Positions 28,907 through 37,714 of a stretch of 64,000 nucleotides of DNA are shown piece after piece. The stretch comes from Candidatus Latescibacterota bacterium (lineage in GTDB: Bacteria; Latescibacterota; UBA2968; UBA8231): the NCBI GenBank assembly GCA_965215195.1, contig CBDCDC010000002.1:3936001-4000000 (forward strand), in the 5' to 3' direction. Under the pieces are notes generated by a model. That model saw nothing but the letters and a program-made list of their open reading frames with translations, did not search any database and had not been told where the DNA came from. Numbering within the stretch: position 1 is the first letter of the stretch; each line of letters opens with the position of its first letter. The position numbers and the translations under genes are program-made.

Positions 28907-28935
28907 AATATATTGGACAGGGAGATGCCCGTCAA
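28907..28935 (-). promoter_or_regulatory. Sigma70-like promoter for the low-GC pair
   Basis: TTGACG-17 nt-TATATT on the minus strand. Confidence 0.55.
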
Positions 28936-28960
28936 GCAAAAGACTTGGGCCGTCTTTTGC
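28936..28960. terminator. Hairpin downstream of the ECF sigma gene
   Basis: GCAAAAGAC-7 nt-GTCTTTTGC. Confidence 0.5.
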
Positions 28961-28999
28961 ACAACGCAGAAAAGGGATACGGCCGGAGCAGCAAAGAGG

Positions 29000-29608
29000 T
29001 CAGGCTGGCGCGGCGAGCGATCCAATTACTTCTTCGGCCAGCCCACGCAAGGTCTTTTGCAGCCGCAGGCGGCCCCGATTGACGCGCGATTTGACCGTGC
29101 CTACGGGGCAGTTGATGATCTGGGCGATTTCCTCGTACGAGAGTCCGTTCAAATCGCGGAGGAGCACGGCGGCGCGAAATTCTGAGGGCAGGCCTTCGAT
29201 GGCATCAACGACGAGGGACTTGACGCGGTGGCTGTCGGCCTGTTCGCCGGGGAGTGGGTCCTTGGCCGCTGGCTCGTAAAAGGTGGCGGGCTGTTCGTCG
29301 TCGCTGGGGCTGATCGGGATCCATTGCCAGCGCTTGCGGCGGCGCAACTCGGTTTTGGCCAAGTTGCCGGCAATGGTGTAGAGCCAAGTGGAAACTTGTT
29401 CGATGGCCGGATACTGGTGGCTGTGGCGCAAGCAGCGGAGAAACGTCTCTTGCACGATGTCCTCGGCCGTTTCTCGGTCGCCGACAAAGCGATAGGCGAA
29501 GTTGTATAGTGGGGTGCGGTAGCGTTTGACTAGTACGCCGAGGTGGCCTTGGTCTTCGGCGGCGCGCAGCAAAATTTCCCTATCAGTGAGTGCATTCATC
29601 GCTTCCAT
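29000..29608 (-). CDS. ECF RNA polymerase sigma factor
   Basis: AEDIVQETFL, STWLYTIAGN, GLSYEEIA, GTVKSRVNRGR. Confidence 0.92.
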   Translation of the reverse strand: MEAMNALTDREILLRAAEDQGHLGVLVKRYRTPLYNFAYRFVGDRETAEDIVQETFLRCLRHSHQYPAIEQVSTWLYTIAGNLAKTELRRRKRWQWIPISPSDDEQPATFYEPAAKDPLPGEQADSHRVKSLVVDAIEGLPSEFRAAVLLRDLNGLSYEEIAQIINCPVGTVKSRVNRGRLRLQKTLRGLAEEVIGSLAAPA

Positions 29609-29768
29609 GGTTGCGATCCTTTCTGATTCAGTGCGCCGCTCGCTGAGGGCAAGGCGACGCAACTCAAGCGATTATCTCCGCGATGTATTAGCAATAATCG
29701 TGCCATTCCTCACTAAGGCAAATTATCGCCGTTTTTAGGGGTTTTTGGCAACAAAAGCCAAATGGACC

Positions 29769-29802
29769 ACTCAGATATCTGAGTATCCTCAGATTTCTGA
29801 GG
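29769..29802. promoter_or_regulatory. Tandem palindromic operator-like sites
   Basis: ACTCAGATATCTGAGT (perfect palindrome) and CCTCAGATTTCTGAGG. Confidence 0.55.
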
Positions 29803-29810
29803 CGCATCTT

Positions 29811-29839
29811 TTGACAGGTACAGGGGCAAGCGGTAGATT
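29811..29839 (+). promoter_or_regulatory. Sigma70-like promoter
   Basis: TTGACA-17 nt-TAGATT. Confidence 0.6.
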
Positions 29840-29887
29840 TCGCACCGATAAATTCGCCTAGTTTCTAAATGAAAATGGAGTGCGCTC

Positions 29888-30499
29888 GTGCAAGAGTTGG
29901 TCATGCGCTTGGAGTCATTGTGCCAAGCCAAGGGAGCAGAAAAGTTCTCGGCTGAAGAAATAGTCGAGTTATTGGCAGATGGGGAAGAAGTCGATTGGAT
30001 CGTCGATCAAGTGATGCCGGCCGCGGCTGAGGCCGATCGCAGCGAAATGGGCCAAGCACTGGCCGAAATCTCCGCTGCGGTGGCACCTGCTCCCGCCACA
30101 GGCGACGAGGAACCGGCCGCTGTGGAGGAGCTGGATCTGGCCCAACTCCAGCAGGCCCTGCCGCCCGGGGTGGACGTGCAGCAGGTCGAGGAAATGTTGC
30201 GCTCGCCGCAGGGCGCGTTGCTGGCCGATTTTAGTGCCTTTTGCCGCGAGCGCGGGCTTGAGGGCGAGTTGGGTGAAGCGGAGGTGAGCGAGGCCCTGAG
30301 TGCATTGCACGAGGAGTGGTTGCAGACGCCGCGGCCGGCGCTAGAAGGCGAAAAACCGGCCGCCGTGCTAGAAGGCGGTCGGCTCTTGCCGGGCAAGGTA
30401 GAGACCTTCCGCCGCGAAGCCCCCAAGGTCGGCCGCAACGAGCCGTGCCCCTGCGGCAGCGGCAAGAAGTTCAAAAGATGCTGCGGCAAGGTGGCTTGA
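29888..30499 (+). CDS. SEC-C motif-containing acidic protein
   Basis: C-terminal [21 protein letters not shown]. Confidence 0.8.
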   Translation: MQELVMRLESLCQAKGAEKFSAEEIVELLADGEEVDWIVDQVMPAAAEADRSEMGQALAEISAAVAPAPATGDEEPAAVEELDLAQLQQALPPGVDVQQVEEMLRSPQGALLADFSAFCRERGLEGELGEAEVSEALSALHEEWLQTPRPALEGEKPAAVLEGGRLLPGKVETFRREAPKVGRNEPCPCGSGKKFKRCCGKVA

Positions 30500-30500
30500 G

Positions 30501-31043
30501 ATGGCCCAAGTTCGCCTCTCTGCGGCCATTGAAGGCGTCTATATCGCCGAGCTACAGTCGCACGGCGACGAGCGGGGCCGCTTTACCGAGGTCTATCGCA
30601 AGGAGTGGTTTCCCCAGTGCTGCTGGAACGCCTTGCAGTGGAGCCGCTCGGAGTCGCAACAGGGGGTGCTGCGCGGCTTGCACTATCACCACCGCCAAGT
30701 TGACTACTGGCACTGCGGCATGGGCGCACTGCGCGTCGGCCTGCTCGATCTGCGCCGCAGGTCGCCGACCTGTGGGCAGGGGCAGGTCATCGAATTAGAT
30801 CAAGAGCTATTGCGGGGCGTCTTTATTCCGGCGGGGGTAGCGCATGGCTTTTACGCAGTCACCGACGCGATGCTTTTCTACTTGGTCGATGCCTACTACG
30901 ACGGCACGGACGAGTGGGGCGTGGCTTGGGACGATCCCGATGCAGGGTTGGAGTGGGGCATTGAGGGGGGGCCGATCCTCTCGCCGCGAGACCAAAATAA
31001 CCCGCGGCTACGAGATATTTCCGCCGAGGATCTGCCCGGCTAA
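30501..31043 (+). CDS. rfbC: dTDP-4-dehydrorhamnose 3,5-epimerase family
   Basis: DERGRFTE, GVLRGLHY, DLRRRSPT, IPAGVAHGF, WDDP. Confidence 0.88.
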   Translation: MAQVRLSAAIEGVYIAELQSHGDERGRFTEVYRKEWFPQCCWNALQWSRSESQQGVLRGLHYHHRQVDYWHCGMGALRVGLLDLRRRSPTCGQGQVIELDQELLRGVFIPAGVAHGFYAVTDAMLFYLVDAYYDGTDEWGVAWDDPDAGLEWGIEGGPILSPRDQNNPRLRDISAEDLPG

Positions 31044-31211
31044 AAATGACCTTTGACCTCCTAGCGGCCCTCTTAGGTTGCGCCTTGACCCACCGGGCGC
31101 GGTAGGCCCCTATTACATCAATACCGCATATCTCTATGGCGGGCCGGGGCGGGCGCACTTATGGGTTGCCGAAAATTCACGCGCTCGACGAGTCGCTCTG
31201 GCGGGATCGAT

Positions 31212-34200
31212 CTAGCCAGCGGCCTCTTCCAATTCCTCGCCCTCAACCCGCACTGAAACGAGCTGGGAAACCCCTTCCTCAGGCATGGTGACGCCGTGCA
31301 GAGCGTCGGCCGCGGCCATGGTGATCTTGTTGTGCGTCACCACGACGAATTGCGTCCCTTTGGCAAATTCCTTGAGCACGCGCACAAAGCGGTTGATGTT
31401 GGCGTCGTCGAGCGGAGCGTCGACCTCGTCGAGGATGCAGAATGGGCTGGGCTTGACTTGGTAGATGGCAAAGAGCAGCGCAATGGCCGTCAGCGCACGC
31501 TCGCCGCCCGACAGCAAAGCAATGTTTTGCAGGCGCTTGCCGCTGGGTCGGGCGATGATGTTGATGTGGGCCTCTAGGGCGTCGATGTTTTCTTCGAGGC
31601 GGAGGTCGGCTTCTCCTCCGGGGAAGAAGCGGACAAAGGTCCCTTTGAACTGCTCGCGGATCTGCTCGAAAGACTTGAGGAACATCCGCCGCGCCGTGCG
31701 GTCAATCAGGCCGAGAGTTTTCTTTAGGTCCTCGGCCGCGATCACTAGATCGTCGCGCTGTTGGCGGAGAAAGTCGTAGCGCTCCTTTTGTTCCTTGTGT
31801 TCTTCCAATACGCCTAAATGTACCGAGCCCAAGCGATGTAGGGACCGACGCAACTGATCGATGCGCTGTTGTGCAGCTTCTTCGTCGATGGCTTCGTCGA
31901 GAGGCCCCATGGCCGCGACGTCGCAGTGATACTCCTCCTGCAAGCGCGTGCGGATGTGCTGGGTCTGTAGCTTTAGCTCGGAGATGCGCACTTCGAGGCG
32001 TGCGCGGTGCTCGCGCTGGTCGTTGAGCTGCCGCTGCAAGTGGCTGATGTTTTCCTGCAACTCGCGGTTTTGGGCATTGGCTGCGGCCCAGTGCTGGCGG
32101 CGCTGGTCTTGCTCCGCGGCCAAGGTCTCGCGGCCTTGGTGTAGCCCTTTGAGCTCGTCGGCCAAGGCGCTGCTGTGCGCACGGCACTCGGCCTGTTGGC
32201 GCTCGGCCTCGGCTCCTTCAGCCGCTAGGCGCTCGATGTTCTTGTGCAGGTTGGCGTCGATGTTTTTTAGGCGGCTGGCGTCTCGTTCTAGCCCTTGGAC
32301 CATTTCGGCGGTGCGGGCGTGTTCTACTTGCAAGGTACCCAATGCTTCGCGCCGCTCGCGCCGGCGGGTTTCGCTCTGTTTGAGGTCCTCTTCCAAGGCG
32401 CTGCTTTCCTCGCTGAGGCGGGTGCTTGCGGCCTCGTTGTGGCGCAGGTGCTCGGCTTGTTCGGCGATGCTTTGGTCGAGGGCTTGGCGGCGCTTGGCCA
32501 AGCTAGTGCCTTCGCCGTGGAGTTGCTTTAGGCGTGCGACGAGCCGCGCGGCGTCAGCGCGGGCGCGCTGGTGCTGATGGACCTGCTCGCGCTCCTTGCC
32601 GCGCCAAGTTTCGTTCTCGGCGGCTAGGTTCTCTAGGCGTTGGGTGAGGGCGTCGAGCTGGTCTGCGAGGGCGTTGAGCCGGGGGACCAAGGCTGCGTAG
32701 CGGGCGTTTTGGTGGGCGACGAGCGAGCGCAGGGTGCGGATTTCCCGCCCGCGGCTGAGGACTCCCGAATCCTCGGCTTGGCTCTGGCCGCCCGACGCGA
32801 GGCCAAACAGATCGACGGCGTCGCCATCGGGCGTAACACAGCGCACGTAGGCGCTCGGGTAGCGGCGCGTCAGGGCCAACGCGGTTTGCAGGTCGTCAAC
32901 CAGAAAGGTGTTGTGCAAGAGGCCGGCGATCAGGGGGGCGATGGAGGCTTCGGCCCGCACGTAGTCCAGCAGTGGGCCGCGTAGCCCGGGCATGGGCGCC
33001 GGGTCCAAGACCGGGCCGAGGGTGCGCGGGGGGGCCTCTAGCGAGAGGATGCCGACGCGCCCGGACCGCTCCCGCAGATGGGCAATGCCCTTGAGCAGGC
33101 CGCTGTCCGAGTGGGCGATTAATGCTTGGAGCGCCTCGCCGAGGGCGACCTCGACCGCGCGGGCGCATTCTGCTTCGACGTCGACTAGGTCGCCGAGTAC
33201 GCCGCGGAAGAGGGCGGCGTGGGGCGATTCGAGCATCAAGGTGCGGACTCCGCTCTGATAGCCTTGGTAGCCGGCGCGGACTTTTTCGAGAACTTGGAGC
33301 CGCGCTTGGTTGGCCTCAGCGGCGCGCCGGGCGGCATCGCGTTGTTCGCCGAGGTCGCCGAGAACTTTTTCGGTTTGCTCGCGGGCGGCGCGGGCTGCGG
33401 TGCGCTGTTGCTGGCAGATAGATAGCTGCTGCCGAGTTTCCGCGAGGGTGGCTTCGGCCTCAGCGGCCGCTTGCAGGGCTTGGTCGTGCTCGGCCGCGGC
33501 CGTGGCCTCTTCGCCGCGCATGGCAACCGCGCGTTCGTCGAGCGCGTCGCGCTCGGCCTGTTGGCGTTCGAGCGTGCGGCTTATTTCGCCCCCTTGGCGC
33601 AGGTGTTCCATGCGCTCGCGCTGGCGGTGGTCCAGCTCGGCTCGGTAGCTGGCGTATTCCTCTTCGGCTTGGGCGGCGCGCTGCTGGTGAGCCTGCAATT
33701 CTCGCTCTATATGCACAAAGGCCGCACGTGCTTCGTCGTGGTGCGCGGCATTGTCGCGGCACTGCTGCTGCACAGCTTCGAGTTGGCTGCTGTAATCGGT
33801 GCGCTCGCGGGCCGTGCGGGCGCAGATTTGTTCGGCCGCCTCGCGCCGCTCGCGCACGGCCACGAGGCGCTGTTCTCGCTCGTGGATGGCCTCGATGCGG
33901 CGATTGAGTTCAAGGCCCGCTTCCTGCATGGCCTTCTCGGCCTCGGTCAGGGCGAGGCGCGCCTTTTCGAGATCGGCCTCGCGGCTGGTGAAGCGAGTAT
34001 AGCCTTCTTCGGTCGTTTTGCTGAGTGCGGCGAATTCGCTTTGCAGCGGGGCGATTTGGGCACTGAGGGCGAAGAAGCGCTGGCACCCCAAGCGCACGTC
34101 GAGCTGGTCCAGCTCCCCTTTGAGTTCGCGGTAGCGGCGGGCCCGGCCCACTTGGCGGCCGAGGCTGTCAACTTGGCGCTTGACCTCGGCGATGATGTCT

Positions 34201-34775
34201 TCAATCCGCTGTAGATCGGCTTGGGCGGCCTCTAGGCGGTTCTTTGTGGAGCGACGATTCACTTTGTACTTGGTGATGCCGGCGGCCTCTTCGAGGATGC
34301 GGCGGCGGTTCTCGGTCTTATCGCTGATGATTTCATCGACCATGCCCTGCTCCATCACCGCATAAGCGCCTTGGCCGAGGCCGGTATCCATGAGCAGGTT
34401 GGTGATGTCCAAGAGGCGGCAGGGGATCTTGTTGAGGAGATAATCGCTTTCGCCGGAGCGGAACAGACGCCGAGTCAGCACGACCTCGGCGAATTCGACG
34501 GGCAGTGCGTTGTCGCGGTTTTCAATCGCCAGCGCGACTTCGGCCATCCCGAGGGCCTTGCGCTGGCGGGTGCCGGCAAAGATCACGTCCTCCATGCGCT
34601 GGCTGCGGAAGGAGCCGGCGCGCTGTTCGCCCAAGACCCAGCGGATGGCCTCCACCACGTTGGACTTGCCGCAGCCGTTGGGACCGACGATGGCCGTAAT
34701 GCCCGGCTCAAAGGGAATGACGATCTTTTGGGCGAAGGACTTAAAACCGAAAATTTCGAGTTGATTGAGGCGCAC
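31212..34775 (-). CDS. smc: Chromosome segregation protein SMC
   Basis: GFKSF, GPNGCGKSN, long coiled coils with hinge, LSGGE, LDEVDAPLD. Confidence 0.97.
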   Translation of the reverse strand: MRLNQLEIFGFKSFAQKIVIPFEPGITAIVGPNGCGKSNVVEAIRWVLGEQRAGSFRSQRMEDVIFAGTRQRKALGMAEVALAIENRDNALPVEFAEVVLTRRLFRSGESDYLLNKIPCRLLDITNLLMDTGLGQGAYAVMEQGMVDEIISDKTENRRRILEEAAGITKYKVNRRSTKNRLEAAQADLQRIEDIIAEVKRQVDSLGRQVGRARRYRELKGELDQLDVRLGCQRFFALSAQIAPLQSEFAALSKTTEEGYTRFTSREADLEKARLALTEAEKAMQEAGLELNRRIEAIHEREQRLVAVRERREAAEQICARTARERTDYSSQLEAVQQQCRDNAAHHDEARAAFVHIERELQAHQQRAAQAEEEYASYRAELDHRQRERMEHLRQGGEISRTLERQQAERDALDERAVAMRGEEATAAAEHDQALQAAAEAEATLAETRQQLSICQQQRTAARAAREQTEKVLGDLGEQRDAARRAAEANQARLQVLEKVRAGYQGYQSGVRTLMLESPHAALFRGVLGDLVDVEAECARAVEVALGEALQALIAHSDSGLLKGIAHLRERSGRVGILSLEAPPRTLGPVLDPAPMPGLRGPLLDYVRAEASIAPLIAGLLHNTFLVDDLQTALALTRRYPSAYVRCVTPDGDAVDLFGLASGGQSQAEDSGVLSRGREIRTLRSLVAHQNARYAALVPRLNALADQLDALTQRLENLAAENETWRGKEREQVHQHQRARADAARLVARLKQLHGEGTSLAKRRQALDQSIAEQAEHLRHNEAASTRLSEESSALEEDLKQSETRRRERREALGTLQVEHARTAEMVQGLERDASRLKNIDANLHKNIERLAAEGAEAERQQAECRAHSSALADELKGLHQGRETLAAEQDQRRQHWAAANAQNRELQENISHLQRQLNDQREHRARLEVRISELKLQTQHIRTRLQEEYHCDVAAMGPLDEAIDEEAAQQRIDQLRRSLHRLGSVHLGVLEEHKEQKERYDFLRQQRDDLVIAAEDLKKTLGLIDRTARRMFLKSFEQIREQFKGTFVRFFPGGEADLRLEENIDALEAHINIIARPSGKRLQNIALLSGGERALTAIALLFAIYQVKPSPFCILDEVDAPLDDANINRFVRVLKEFAKGTQFVVVTHNKITMAAADALHGVTMPEEGVSQLVSVRVEGEELEEAAG

Positions 34776-34925
34776 GGTCTAGCTCCTGCCGGGCGCTGGG
34801 GAGGGGCGCTCCGCTGGGGGAGAGGGTGAGGGGCGAGCGATGCTAGGGGAGCGAAAGACAGCTCAGGGAAAAGCCAGCCTTTAAGTACTCAAAAACGAGA
34901 AACCCTGTCAAGACACCTGCCGCTA

Positions 34926-35414
34926 TCAGAAGTTGAGGGCCGAGTCATCGACCGCGGCTGGATCGTCTTCTTTGCCCATGGCAATGATGTGCTCGGCGGC
35001 GATCTCTTGGCGGCCCGCGTATCCAGCGTTCAGTTCGTGCCAATAGGCAACGCGGGGTTCGCCGCGCTGCCAGCACAACAGAACCCAGCGGCCTTGGTAG
35101 GTCGTGGGGAAGTCGAGGAGGCCGCGTTCGAGGCCACCGACCGGGAAGCGGATGCCGGCGGCGATAATTTCCTCGGCCACGATGCGCTTGATGTCGATGA
35201 TTAGGTCGTTGATGCGCTGGCGGTGCTGGTCGAAAGCATCGCGGTCGGGGTTGGTGCTGCGGGCGACCGCTTGCCCCCAGAGCGCGTCGAGAATTTGCAA
35301 CTGTTGGTGGTGGTGGCGGACGGCTCCCTTCTTGACCTCTAGGCGCTGGAGCGCGTCCTCTAGCTGAGGCAGTTTGGCGTTGGCCTCTTCAATGGTAAAT
35401 GCCTTGCGCGTCAT
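34926..35414 (-). CDS. DUF2203-like protein
   Basis: FTIEEANAKLP, GLLDFP, LCWQRGEPRVAYWH, GYAGRQ. Confidence 0.75.
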   Translation of the reverse strand: MTRKAFTIEEANAKLPQLEDALQRLEVKKGAVRHHHQQLQILDALWGQAVARSTNPDRDAFDQHRQRINDLIIDIKRIVAEEIIAAGIRFPVGGLERGLLDFPTTYQGRWVLLCWQRGEPRVAYWHELNAGYAGRQEIAAEHIIAMGKEDDPAAVDDSALNF

Positions 35415-35573
35415 GGGACTTTGCCTTTTGTGCGGCAAAGTATAGGCATTGGCGGGCCGCGCTACAAGCCCTTGCGCTACCTTTGGCGATGCGTGATATT
35501 TAGCCCTGTTTTGCGAAGTGAAAGGGGTCGGCGCAGCCAGCCCCGTCTTTTTTGATCTAAGTACAAAGTTTAC

Positions 35574-35861
35574 ATGGCGGTTACTACAGAAGAGGTCCAC
35601 GGGGTCGCCGAGTTGGCGCGGTTGCGCTTTTCGCCCGCAGAGGAGGAAAGGCTGGCCGAGGAACTCAACCGCATCTTGCGCTACATGGACAAGCTCAACG
35701 AGCTAGACACTACCGGCGTGGAGCCAACGTCTCACGTGCTGCCCCTCGCCACCGCGTTGCGCCGCGACGAGGCAAGGCCCTTTCCCGCCGCGGCCGAGAT
35801 CGCCGCGGCGGCTCCGCAGCGCCAAGAGGATTACTTCAAGGTTCCGAGAATTATCGATTGA
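35574..35861 (+). CDS. gatC: Asp/Glu-tRNA amidotransferase subunit C
   Basis: VAELARL, LNELDTTGVEPTSH, YFKVPRII. Confidence 0.93.
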   Translation: MAVTTEEVHGVAELARLRFSPAEEERLAEELNRILRYMDKLNELDTTGVEPTSHVLPLATALRRDEARPFPAAAEIAAAAPQRQEDYFKVPRIID

Positions 35862-35865
35862 ATGG

Positions 35866-35902
35866 AGAAGCGGAGGCAGGGCACTGTCGCCGCTTCTTTT
35901 TT
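35866..35902 (+). terminator. Intrinsic terminator between gatC and pyrG
   Basis: AGAAGCGG...CCGCTTCT hairpin followed by a T-run. Confidence 0.6.
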
Positions 35903-35926
35903 GCGCAGCACGGAGGAGCGCGCAAC

Positions 35927-37714
35927 GTGGCCGGAGAATACAAAGGCCCCAAATACGTCGTCGTGACCGGCGGCGTGATAAGCGGCGTGGGCAAGGGCTT
36001 GACCACAGCTTCCATGGGCAAGATTCTGCAGCAATACGGATACAGCACCACGGCCGTCAAGATCGATCCGTACATCAACTACGACGCCGGCACCATGCGA
36101 CCCACCGAGCACGGCGAGGTGTGGGTGACGGACGACGGCGGCGAAATAGATCAGGATTTGGGCAATTACGAGCGCTTCTTGGGGTTGGATCTGCCGCGCT
36201 TCAACAACCTGACTACCGGGCAGATTTACCACACAGTCATTGAGCGCGAGCGCCGCGGAGAGTACCTCGGCGAGACCGTGCAGCCGATCCCCCACATTAC
36301 GGATGAGATCACCCGCCGCTTGCAGGCGGCGGGCGCGGGTTACGACATCGTGCTGGTCGAGATCGGCGGCATTGTCGGCGACTACGAGAACGAGCCGTTC
36401 CTCTTCGCCGTAAAGACCTTGGAGCGCGACTTGGGCAAGGAGCACTTTGCGCACGCCCTGATTACCTATCTTCCCATACCCCCGCACGTGGGCGAGATGA
36501 AGACCAAGCCCACCCAGCAGGCCATTCGCATGCTCAGCGAGCACGGCATCTTTCCCGACTTCATCGTCTGTCGCGCCGAGACGGCCACCGACGAGGTGCG
36601 CAAGAAAAAGATCCAGATCGGCGCCAACGTGCCCAACGACCACATCATTTCGGCCCCGGACTCGGAGACGATCTACAACATCCCGCTGGTTTTGGAAGAA
36701 GAGGGGCTCGGCGAGAAGATTCTCAGCCGGCTCGGCTGCGCCCCCAAGAAGACCCCGGACTGGCGGCCTTGGCGGGAATTAGTCAAGCGCAGCCGGCATC
36801 CGAGCCGGTGCGTCCGCGTGGCCATGGTCGGCAAATACGTGGCCACGGGCGATTTTCAGCTCGCGGATTCGTACATCTCGGTCAACCAATCGCTGATACA
36901 CGCTGGCGTGGCGTCGGATGCGCGAGTCGAGATCACTTGGATCGACGGCCATCGGTTTGAGCGCGGCGAAATGGACCTAACAGCACTCGGCGCATTCGAC
37001 GGCATTATCGTCCCCGGGGCTTTTGGCGCGGGCGGGGCCGAAGGAGTGATTGCGGCCATTCGCTACGCCCGCGAGCACGACATTCCCTATTTGGGCCTGT
37101 GCTACGGCTTACAGCTCGCCGTGGTCGAATACGCCCGCCATGTCGCCGGGATCGCCGAGGCCACTTCCGAAGAGTTCGACGCGGATTCCGAGTGGAAGGT
37201 CATCTGCGTCCAAGACGCGCAGAAGAGCGCACTAGAGCAAAAGCGCTACGGCGGCAGCATGCGCTTGGGCGCGTACGCCGCGGTGTTCAAAAACGACAGC
37301 CGCGTCCTCCAGCTCTACGAGGCGTCGGGCCGCCTCTGCGAAGACGCCCATCGCATCGAACAACTGCTGGCCAATCCCGAGCAGGCGTTCCGCGTTGGCT
37401 TGATCATGCTGGAGCGCGACAAAGTCGCCTTGGAGCGCCACCGCCATCGCTACGAGGTGTCGCCGCGCTTCGTCGAGCTACTCGAAGAGGAGGGGCTGGT
37501 CTTTTCGGGTTATCACCGCCGCGTAGATGGCACCCGCTTGATGGAATTTATCGAGTTGCCAGATCACCGCTTCTTCATCGCCACCCAAGCCCATCCCGAG
37601 TTCAAGTCGCGAATGGACAATCCCTCGCCCTTGTTTGCCGGGTTTGTCGAGGCCGCGCTGGCCTACCAGCAGGAGGTTGCAAGCCATGAGGAGAGGCAGG
37701 CGGCGGCCTCCTAG
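35927..37714 (+). CDS. pyrG: CTP synthase
   Basis: GGVISGVGKG, KIDPYIN, KTKPTQ, GLCYG (catalytic Cys), ERHRHRYE, QAHPEF; GGAG RBS before the GTG start. Confidence 0.96.
   Translation: MAGEYKGPKYVVVTGGVISGVGKGLTTASMGKILQQYGYSTTAVKIDPYINYDAGTMRPTEHGEVWVTDDGGEIDQDLGNYERFLGLDLPRFNNLTTGQIYHTVIERERRGEYLGETVQPIPHITDEITRRLQAAGAGYDIVLVEIGGIVGDYENEPFLFAVKTLERDLGKEHFAHALITYLPIPPHVGEMKTKPTQQAIRMLSEHGIFPDFIVCRAETATDEVRKKKIQIGANVPNDHIISAPDSETIYNIPLVLEEEGLGEKILSRLGCAPKKTPDWRPWRELVKRSRHPSRCVRVAMVGKYVATGDFQLADSYISVNQSLIHAGVASDARVEITWIDGHRFERGEMDLTALGAFDGIIVPGAFGAGGAEGVIAAIRYAREHDIPYLGLCYGLQLAVVEYARHVAGIAEATSEEFDADSEWKVICVQDAQKSALEQKRYGGSMRLGAYAAVFKNDSRVLQLYEASGRLCEDAHRIEQLLANPEQAFRVGLIMLERDKVALERHRHRYEVSPRFVELLEEEGLVFSGYHRRVDGTRLMEFIELPDHRFFIATQAHPEFKSRMDNPSPLFAGFVEAALAYQQEVASHEERQAAAS

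Noticed and set aside
27625-28999. Integron cassette or IS boundaries around the low-GC pair
   Set aside because: No attC-like site, terminal repeats or integrase could be identified.
31296-34829. Many long opposite-strand ORFs over smc and other genes
   Set aside because: These are shadow ORFs typical of high-GC DNA, with no motifs or RBS.
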